A stretch of 64,000 nucleotides of DNA, taken from an uncultured Peptostreptococcaceae bacterium. Lineage in GTDB: Bacteria; Bacillota; Clostridia; Peptostreptococcales; Anaerovoracaceae. This document shows positions 28,867-35,338 of this stretch, one piece after another. Location of the stretch: positions 11,774 to 75,773 of the forward strand of contig CAJOKT010000003.1 of assembly GCA_905235115.1 (NCBI GenBank). The letters run 5' to 3'. The notes beneath the pieces are model-generated. The model saw only the letters and a program-made list of their open reading frames with translations, made no database searches and was not told where the DNA came from. Positions within the stretch are counted from its first letter, which is position 1, and each line of letters starts with the position of its first letter. The position numbers were made by a program, and so were the translations under genes.

Positions 28867-28899
28867 AAAGATGACATATATTTGTCATCTTTTGTTTTT
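28867..28899 (+). terminator. Rho-independent terminator closing the cargo island
   Basis: AAAGATGACA (28867..28876) pairs with TGTCATCTTT (28883..28892), followed by TGTTTTTG. Confidence 0.75.
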
Positions 28900-28989
28900 G
28901 CTTTGATAAAAATCAAGAACATATGTTCTCTTTTGGAAATGACTGTGATATACTATGACCATCACGAGAGACAGAGAGCAGGTGACCAT

Positions 28990-29256
28990 ATGAAAAGACT
29001 AAACAGACCGGTAGAGATGGTGTCTGTGTTCCATGAAGACTGCTCTTATCCCAAACCTGTAAAGTTCAAGCATAAACTTGATAACGGTAGGGTGATCACT
29101 ATCAATGTGGACAGGATCATATCTGAGCGAAAGCGAAAATGGGGTGAGATCATTACTGTGGAGTATGACTGCGAGAGTACTGTAATGGGACAGTACCGGA
29201 GATACCTTTTGGAATTTACAGGCAATAGGCTTGAATGGAAACTGGTAAAGATGTGA
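28990..29256 (+). CDS. Hypothetical small protein
   Basis: The internal ATG 28990 of ORF 28882..29256 is preferred because the upstream part overlaps the terminator/promoter region. No motif recognised. Confidence 0.4.
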   Translation: MKRLNRPVEMVSVFHEDCSYPKPVKFKHKLDNGRVITINVDRIISERKRKWGEIITVEYDCESTVMGQYRRYLLEFTGNRLEWKLVKM

Positions 29257-29269
29257 CGGAGGAGTGGAC

Positions 29270-29551
29270 ATGAAATTCGAATTAAAAGGTTTTGATGTCA
29301 CATACAGCAAAGAAAAACATACTGCAATCGTTTCTAAGGACGAAAATGCAGTAATGGGGGTCGACTTTGATGAAGATACAGATATTTTTAATATAGTCGC
29401 AGGTGTCGCACTCATGATGGTTTTCGACGGACTGCTGACAGAGGAAGACATAGAAGATGTTATGGAGGCCTGCGGCATGCCGATGGAGAACGTAAGAGAA
29501 GAGCTCCAAAGGATGAGGAAATCCAAGCGCAGAATTCACATAGCAAGCTGA
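29270..29551 (+). CDS. Hypothetical small acidic protein
   Basis: ATG 29270 lies 7 nt after a GGAGGAG SD. Confidence 0.45.
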   Translation: MKFELKGFDVTYSKEKHTAIVSKDENAVMGVDFDEDTDIFNIVAGVALMMVFDGLLTEEDIEDVMEACGMPMENVREELQRMRKSKRRIHIAS

Positions 29552-29638
29552 ATGAGCTGATCCGGGTTCTTTTCCCTTTCCCGGAACAGACAAACTCAGT
29601 TTGATGAAATAATCATGTGACAAGGGAGGAAATAAGGC

Positions 29639-29731
29639 ATGGTGTTTAAGGTATTAGGAGTTGATAATCTAAAGAAAAAAATGACCGGGTTGTATTTTGA
29701 GAATTTGAGAATGGAAAGGAGGACCTGGTGA
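29639..29731 (+). CDS. Candidate 30-aa upstream ORF coupled to the HTH regulator gene
   Basis: GGGAGGA SD. It translates to MVFKVLGVDNLKKKMTGLYFENLRMERRTW. Its TGA overlaps the next ATG (TGATG at 29729..29733). Confidence 0.3.
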   Translation: MVFKVLGVDNLKKKMTGLYFENLRMERRTW

Positions 29732-30324
29732 TGCGCAGTTATCTTACAGACGTAGATAAGAGAATACAGAGGAAATGTTCTCTTGCGATGACTGACGAGG
29801 AGGAGATGGCGGCTTTAGGGGGAAGGCTGCTGGAGATCTTCCATGACGTTTGCAGCTGCAATACTTCGAAGGCGAACGATACAGTCAATGAGATCTGCTA
29901 CTCAGACGGTGAGTACTACGATCCTTGTGAAGAGATGAGAGTGATGGAGGAATCACTGATTAAACTTGAATACTTCACTGCGGATTCAAAGAGAGATAAA
30001 TACGAAAGAGAGATCAGGAGTATACTTCAGACCGGCCATATGATCCGTATAATGGATGCATTAAAGTGCAAGGTCTACAGTTACGGAAAGTATGGGCCTG
30101 ACTTCGTAAGCATTCTGTCTACGTGCTATATGAACTCATTCGAATATACAAATGAGCAAGCGTGCGAAGTACTTAATATGTCGCTGAGCAGCTTTTACAG
30201 GAAGAAGAGAAGAGCAGTAGTGCTCTTCGGCCTCTCATTTCTCGAATATAAGGCTGAGATACAGGGACATGATCTGTTGCTCGAATGGGAGCCGGACGGA
30301 TCCCAGTTATCCATGGCAATTTGA
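29731..30324 (+). CDS. Putative HTH / sigma-70 region-4-like ICE regulator
   Basis: The C-terminal EQACEVLNMSLSSFYRKKRRAVVLFG looks like a region-4-type HTH. It sits next to the sigma factor gene, as in the Tn916-family regulatory end. Confidence 0.45.
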   Translation: MRSYLTDVDKRIQRKCSLAMTDEEEMAALGGRLLEIFHDVCSCNTSKANDTVNEICYSDGEYYDPCEEMRVMEESLIKLEYFTADSKRDKYEREIRSILQTGHMIRIMDALKCKVYSYGKYGPDFVSILSTCYMNSFEYTNEQACEVLNMSLSSFYRKKRRAVVLFGLSFLEYKAEIQGHDLLLEWEPDGSQLSMAI

Positions 30325-30327
30325 AAA

Positions 30328-30411
30328 ATGACAGTAAGCATGACAGTAAGGATGACAGTAACAGTGACAGTAAGCATGACAGTCTCCATGACAGTAAAGA
30401 TGACAACAAAC
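30328..30411 (+). repeat. Seven tandem 12-nt direct repeats (consensus ATGACAGTAAGN)
   Basis: Copies start at 30328, 30340, 30352, 30364, 30376, 30388 and 30400 (the last is degenerate). A partial copy GTGACATGACAG lies at about 30443. Confidence 0.85.
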
Positions 30412-30526
30412 CCGGCAGTAACAAAGACAAGTACCACGGTAGTGACATGACAGAGTCTAGGGGTTACAATGTACATGCTGGGAGATCAGCAGCAAATTAC
30501 AAATGAATAATATAAGGAGCATATGA

Positions 30527-30556
30527 GCCTCACATCCAAATAGGTGTGGGGCTTTT
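30527..30556 (+). terminator. Rho-independent terminator
   Basis: GCCTCACATCC pairs with GGTGTGGGGC (one bulge, one wobble), followed by TTTT. Confidence 0.6.
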
Positions 30557-30652
30557 ATTATGCCCTGATTTGCGCGCGTCTGCCAGACACCGAAGAAAGG
30601 AGCATGGCAGATGCGTGTACAAATGACCAACAAAGGCAGATCGCCTTAACTT

Positions 30653-30694
30653 CCTGATTTTTCGTTAGTAGTTATCACTTTCAGAAAAATCAGG
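30653..30694 (+). promoter_or_regulatory. Leader hairpin partly sequestering the SD of the sigma-factor gene
   Basis: A perfect 11-bp stem CCTGATTTTTC (30653..30663) pairs with GAAAAATCAGG (30684..30694). The SD GGAGG is at 30693..30697 and the ATG at 30703. Confidence 0.45.
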
Positions 30695-30702
30695 AGGAAA
30701 AA

Positions 30703-31092
30703 ATGAAATACAATTATGAATTTTTAGATGAAACCGTTGAGGTTGAAGTCAGCAAGGAATGGATGGAAGTTCTGCTGGAATTAGACAAAAGAGAATATAA
30801 CAACGATCATGCTGAAACAAGAAGGCATATCTCGTTAGATATGTTCGATGATAGGAGTGAAGTTCTTATTTCTCAAGATCCCGAACTGCCAGATTTAATG
30901 ATCCTTAAAGAAGACGAGCAGAGAATCATGCATGCGATTGCATTCCTGAATCAGACACAGCAGGAAGTGATCAATGAGATATGTCTTTATGGAATGAGTA
31001 TATCTGATTTTGCTGTATCGAAGGGGATCACTCCCGACGCAGTATACAAAAGACTGAAAAGTGCGAAAAAAAGTTTGAAAAACTTTCTGTAA
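30703..31092 (+). CDS. Sigma-70-family (region 4 only, Tn916 Orf7-like) RNA polymerase sigma factor
   Basis: QQEVINEICLYGMSISDFAVSKGITPDAVYKRLKSAKKSLKNFL is a typical sigma region 4.2 HTH. Confidence 0.7.
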   Translation: MKYNYEFLDETVEVEVSKEWMEVLLELDKREYNNDHAETRRHISLDMFDDRSEVLISQDPELPDLMILKEDEQRIMHAIAFLNQTQQEVINEICLYGMSISDFAVSKGITPDAVYKRLKSAKKSLKNFL

Positions 31093-31576
31093 GACCCTCT
31101 AATTTTTGACCTTCCCGTGGCCTATATATAGGAGGGTAAATAAGAGACCCTTCATTGGACAACTTAATACCCATTCATCAGGTACTTTCTTTCCGATATC
31201 ACGAAAGTGTAAGCGCCGTCAGCGGATGCGCCATGACCCTTTAAGGCGAGCGAATAATCATCCGGCTGTAAAGTAGGATAGTCCCCTACATGCGCAATGA
31301 CCATCGGAAAGGACAATGATACTCCCGTCCAGTCACAGCCCCGCAGAGATGCAGGATCACGCAATGAGGGCGGCCCTGAGAGACCCTCAGAGGGGCGAAG
31401 ACCCGTGAGGCAGAAAGCTGACTGCCGCCTGAATGACTTCCCGCGATCCGGGGGTGTCGAGGACAAATGCAGATCGGAGATAAAAGAAGCAAGGCGTGTC
31501 AGGGATGGTTATCATCCGTCCCGGCACGCCTATGATAAAAATGATCAGGATATGAAAGGTATAAGGAGAGATAGAG

Positions 31577-31807
31577 ATGGATTACACGCATGACTATTAC
31601 TATGAATCACTGGCAGAAGGCATAGTGGCTGAAGCCTGCAAGGATTTCCGAAAAGCAGCAAAGAGATTAAAAAAGAATCCAGCTGACTATAGTGCATTCC
31701 TTTGTAAAAGGGAATGCGAGAGATTTTTCAGATCTAAATATTTCGGCATTATCTGTGACGTTGACCCGGAGATGCTGATGACGAAGATAGTGGAGATATA
31801 TGTATAA
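31577..31807 (+). CDS. Hypothetical 76-aa protein upstream of int (a recombination directionality factor role is possible but unsupported)
   Basis: AAGGAGAG SD. No Xis-type HTH recognised. Confidence 0.4.
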   Translation: MDYTHDYYYESLAEGIVAEACKDFRKAAKRLKKNPADYSAFLCKRECERFFRSKYFGIICDVDPEMLMTKIVEIYV

Positions 31808-31887
31808 GCTACATATATAAATATAAAGAGGCTCGGGACAGATCTCCGGGCCGATGATCATTACTGGTGGAAAGGAGGTGCCGTTGT

Positions 31888-33168
31888 ATGGCAGGTATTC
31901 CGGATACTAAGAGAATAAATCTATCATCGGCATCTTTTTCTGCCGAGGACATATTAGCATTTCTGATCCAAAGTGGTAAAATAGACTTGGATGATGCGGA
32001 AGATAATATGAAGAAATCCCAAATGGATCAAATCTTAGAACAGCATCCGTACAGCATATATCAAGGTTCTGATGGTAAATGGTACACGAACTTACCCGAT
32101 GACACCAAGCCAGACAAGCGCAGAAAGATAAAAAGAACTTCCTTGGAAGATCTGAAGCATGCTCTGTATGAATACTACACCGGTGTTTCGGAACATAAAA
32201 GACTCGATGCTATAACGATAGAGAAGCTGTATCCTCAATGGCTCGAGTTCAAAGCACTTCATACCAGTGCCCCAGCATATATTTCCAGACTGAAGTCGGA
32301 CTGGAAATCATATTATGAGGGGACCCCAATAATCAAGATCCCGATCAGGAGACTGAAGAAACTGGACCTGGATGAGTGGGCACATAAGCTCATAAGAGAA
32401 AGAGAGCTGACCCATAAAGCATTCACGAACGTTGCAACGATAGTCAATCAGGTTCTTGATTATGCGGTAGATCTTGAAATAATCGAGACAAATCTGTTTA
32501 GAAAAGTCAAAATCAAAGACAGGCATCTGTTCAAACCGGAGAAGAAGCAGGAAAGCAAAACCCAGGTTTACAGCAGGGAAGAACTTCGTGAGCTGAAGAA
32601 GCTTGCGATGTCTGACTTTGAAAACGAAGTTAAAAGATACGTGCTTTCGCCGCTGGCAGTGCTTTTTCAGTTCGAAACAGGGGTGCGTATCGGGGAACTC
32701 GTAGTACTTAGATACGAAGATATCGATGGCGACTTCATTACGGTCCAGAGAATGTTTCGCAGAGATTCAAATGAAGTCGTTGATTATACCAAGGGAACTT
32801 ATGGTGACAGAAGAGTGATCCTTACCACAGAAGCGAAGAGAATAATAGGACTTTGCAGACAGTATCAGAACGATCATAACTGTGAAACCGACGGCTATAT
32901 CTTCTCGATAAACGGTGAACCTTGCGGATACACTCCGACAAGAGAACTGTATGAAAAGTATTGCAAGAAGCTCGGAATCGTAAAAAAATCTTCGCACAAA
33001 GCAAGAAAAACATATATTTCTACTTTGCTGGACGGAAATGTCAACGTTAATTCCGTAAGAGAAATGGTAGGCCATCGCGACGAGAGAACTACGATGTCCA
33101 ACTACTATTATGACAGGAGTTCAGACGAAGAAAAGGTAAAACTTGTTGAAGCAGCGCTCTCCTGTTAA
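31888..33168 (+). CDS. int: Tyrosine site-specific integrase
   Basis: ATG 31888 lies 9 nt after an AAAGGAGG SD. Catalytic pattern: ETGVRIGEL (Arg), HKARKTYIS (HxxR) and GHRDERTTMSNYYY (His, Tyr). Confidence 0.9.
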   Translation: MAGIPDTKRINLSSASFSAEDILAFLIQSGKIDLDDAEDNMKKSQMDQILEQHPYSIYQGSDGKWYTNLPDDTKPDKRRKIKRTSLEDLKHALYEYYTGVSEHKRLDAITIEKLYPQWLEFKALHTSAPAYISRLKSDWKSYYEGTPIIKIPIRRLKKLDLDEWAHKLIRERELTHKAFTNVATIVNQVLDYAVDLEIIETNLFRKVKIKDRHLFKPEKKQESKTQVYSREELRELKKLAMSDFENEVKRYVLSPLAVLFQFETGVRIGELVVLRYEDIDGDFITVQRMFRRDSNEVVDYTKGTYGDRRVILTTEAKRIIGLCRQYQNDHNCETDGYIFSINGEPCGYTPTRELYEKYCKKLGIVKKSSHKARKTYISTLLDGNVNVNSVREMVGHRDERTTMSNYYYDRSSDEEKVKLVEAALSC

Positions 33169-33185
33169 AAAACGCTTGTATAATT

Positions 33186-33220
33186 GTGTACCTTTTCCAA
33201 AAAGGTACACAGAGGTACAC
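33186..33220. repeat. Putative integrase arm-type sites: GGTACAC motif, one inverted pair plus one direct copy
   Basis: GTGTACCTTTT-cca-AAAAGGTACAC occupies 33186..33210, followed by GGTACAC at 33214..33220, just after the int stop. Confidence 0.5.
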
Positions 33221-33304
33221 AAAGTAAAATTTATAACTCCAACCCGTTATTTAGGCTTTAATCATCTAAAAAAACGTCAAACCCCTTGAAAATCAAGGGT
33301 TCTC

Positions 33305-33341
33305 GGAAAAGAAAAACCCCGAGGAGAAATCCTCGGGGTTT
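33305..33341 (-). terminator. Terminator downstream of tRNA-Lys (12-bp stem, GAAA loop)
   Basis: AAACCCCGAGGA (33314..33325) pairs with TCCTCGGGGTTT (33330..33341). On the minus strand it is followed by TTTTCTTTTCC. Confidence 0.7.
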
Positions 33342-33349
33342 CTAGAAAC

Positions 33350-33425
33350 TGGTGGACCATCAGGGGCTCGAACCCTGGGCACCCTGATTAAGAGTCAGGT
33401 GCTCTTCCAGCTGAGCTAATGGTCC
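33350..33425 (-). tRNA. tRNA-Lys (anticodon CTT), 76 nt with encoded CCA
   Basis: The reverse complement is GGACCAT-TA-GCTC-AGCTGGAA-GAGC-A-CCTGA-CTCTTAA-TCAGG-GTGCC-CAGGG-TTCGAGC-CCCTG-ATGGTCC-A-CCA, a complete cloverleaf. Confidence 0.9.
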
Positions 33426-33457
33426 ACATCGATCCCGTATTCAATTGGAACATAAGT

Positions 33458-33486
33458 ACCTTAACATCTTTTAGGTGGTTTGTCAA
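33458..33486 (-). promoter_or_regulatory. Possible promoter of tRNA-Lys
   Basis: On the minus strand: TTGACA (33481..33486), a 17-nt spacer, then TAAGGT (33458..33463), about 30 nt upstream of the tRNA 5' end. Confidence 0.3.
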
Positions 33487-33818
33487 CAATGAAATTCAGT
33501 TGAATATGGTTATTTTTTGTACATGGCCTTCGGCATGTGGCGGTGTGTACCTTTTATGTCAGCTCAATCTGTCTTGCCTGGAAAGTAATGTTACAGACAG
33601 CGGCGGACCCGCCGTCCTTTGCCATAGGTACCGGATTTTATCATATGGTTCAGGTAGTGCGCACTTTATGGCGATGATCTGTGTACTTTAGTTTACCGTT
33701 TACACCCCGTACCGCAGGATCTTCCGGGACCGGGGCCCCGCAATGGGCGTATTGAAATGCTGTTTCAGTGCGCACTAACTCACGGTCACGAGCGGAATGG
33801 GGTTTTTTTGCTCCTGCG

Positions 33819-33847
33819 TTGCAAAATAGACACATCTGATGTATAAT
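33819..33847 (+). promoter_or_regulatory. Sigma-70-type promoter for the 33921.. operon
   Basis: TTGCAA (33819..33824), a 17-nt spacer, then TATAAT (33842..33847). Confidence 0.55.
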
Positions 33848-33920
33848 CCTAGTATCTATAGTCATAGTGGGGGCGTGTGTCCTGATGCGCCCCGATAATT
33901 CGACGAAAGGATGAGATCTG

Positions 33921-35312
33921 TTGAATATTTTCAACTCATTTGCAGACTGGATAGGGAGCATCGGATCCTTCATTCAGTCGCTCTATGAATCGAATCCCAA
34001 CGCCTTCATGACAGCGGTCTTTGCGGTGATACTGATCCTTATAGTTATTATCGTCGCACTGGCGAGAGCAAAGAGAAGGGCTGAGGGACATAGGGCAATT
34101 AAATATGAAGATATAGATTTTTCAACTGAAGCTGAGAGGAAGGCTGCCAGTGCTTCTTCGGAGTCACCGAAGACGATAAGCAGAGGTCTTCCCGAGCCGG
34201 CAACTGAGGAGGAACTGAGGCCCAAGTACGGTGCCTTCGATGTGCCCACATGGATGACCAAGCAGACCATGAGCCTGGACGAAGCGGACATGATGGATGC
34301 TGAGCAGTGGATCGGGGAACAGCTGGACGCGGCCCGTCATACCGACATACAGGGTGCCGAAGGGGACACCTTAAGCGCTGTGGAATTTGCGGCGGCTGCT
34401 GCTACCGGAGTGATCATGTCGAGAGAACCCGGCGAGCCTTTGAGAGAGGTGACCGTGAAGGTCCCCGACAGGAAGCCTCCGGAGCCTCAGGAACCTGCTC
34501 CGGCCGCGGAAGAGGAGGTGATCCACCTGAACCGGCCGGATCTCTCTGAACGTGGCGCAGTACCTGAAGAGGGGGCTTATGGTGAGGAGGATGCGGAGCC
34601 CAGGGTGATCCATCTGAACGAATCAAATCTTTCGGAACGCATAACGGAGCCCGTGATCACATCAGGACCCGGTTTCCCGGAGGAGTATCCGAACACATCG
34701 GAAGCCGTGAACACAGCAGCGCCTGCAGCCGCTGAAAATTCAATTATACGGCCGGACTTTGAGACCGCGCCGGGTCACATTGATCTGCAGGAGCCCCCGC
34801 AGCCTGCAGAGCCTCAGAACGCAGTCTTCGATACCGACACTCTTGCCAAGATCATGAAGGAGCAGGAGGAAATGGCGGGGGACGGATCTGGTACAGGCAT
34901 CAGCGATGTTCCGGAAGGCGCCGTGGACGGCGATGATCTGGGTTCCGGCGTCCGCGCAGCTCTGGATCAGGCCAGGGAGGGTGAGTCTTACGGCACTGCG
35001 ATGAGCGATGCCATAAGGGACGAAAAGCCCGGACTCATCACCATGCGGACTCTGGGCGAAGACCCCTCTGCCGCGGAGGTCAGCAGAGAGTACAGCGAAC
35101 TTTTGGAAGGAAATATAGATTTTGCTGGAAACGGTATACCGGGACTGAGAGGGCAGTCCGGCAACGGATCAGACGGCGAGAACGGCAGGTCACAAGGTGC
35201 CTTCGCCTCCGGAGCCAAGGGGCGGATACATTACGGACCACACAACAGAGATACAAACCGCTCCGGCGTTAAGTTCACTGAAGACGAGCTGATGGAAAAG
35301 ATCAGAGATTGA
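33921..35312 (+). CDS. Membrane-anchored acidic Pro/Glu-rich low-complexity protein
   Basis: TTG start after GAAAGGA. N-terminal TM helix AFMTAVFAVILILIVIIVALA. Internal duplicated VIHLN(R/E)xxLSER. Confidence 0.6.
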   Translation: MNIFNSFADWIGSIGSFIQSLYESNPNAFMTAVFAVILILIVIIVALARAKRRAEGHRAIKYEDIDFSTEAERKAASASSESPKTISRGLPEPATEEELRPKYGAFDVPTWMTKQTMSLDEADMMDAEQWIGEQLDAARHTDIQGAEGDTLSAVEFAAAAATGVIMSREPGEPLREVTVKVPDRKPPEPQEPAPAAEEEVIHLNRPDLSERGAVPEEGAYGEEDAEPRVIHLNESNLSERITEPVITSGPGFPEEYPNTSEAVNTAAPAAAENSIIRPDFETAPGHIDLQEPPQPAEPQNAVFDTDTLAKIMKEQEEMAGDGSGTGISDVPEGAVDGDDLGSGVRAALDQAREGESYGTAMSDAIRDEKPGLITMRTLGEDPSAAEVSREYSELLEGNIDFAGNGIPGLRGQSGNGSDGENGRSQGAFASGAKGRIHYGPHNRDTNRSGVKFTEDELMEKIRD

Positions 35313-35338
35313 CGCGCCGTACAAGGGAAGGAGATAAA

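Larger units (their letters stand above)
1..33349. mobile_element. Integrative conjugative element (ICE), right-hand ~33 kb; left end outside the window; abuts the 3' end of tRNA-Lys
   Basis: Contiguous relaxase, VirD4-type coupling protein, VirB4, VirB6-like, PrgI-like and CHAP hydrolase genes. A tyrosine integrase is the last gene before tRNA-Lys. By eye the region is much more AT-rich than the DNA right of the tRNA (not computed). GGTACAC arm-type repeats follow int. Confidence 0.85.

Noticed and set aside
28917-28928. Perfect 12-bp palindrome GAACATATGTTC (with neighbouring TTGAT-N4-ATCAA) as an operator
   Set aside because: The position, between the island terminator and the next gene, is plausible. 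But a single perfect 12-bp palindrome is expected by chance several times in 64 kb. There is no second copy or partner evidence.
31164-31593. ORFs 31164..31466 (minus), 31286..31492 (minus) and 31297..31593 (plus) as protein genes
   Set aside because: They overlap one another in a GC-rich patch, have low-complexity Arg/Pro/Gly/Ser-rich translations and lack an SD. The region is better treated as structured non-coding sequence (see findings).
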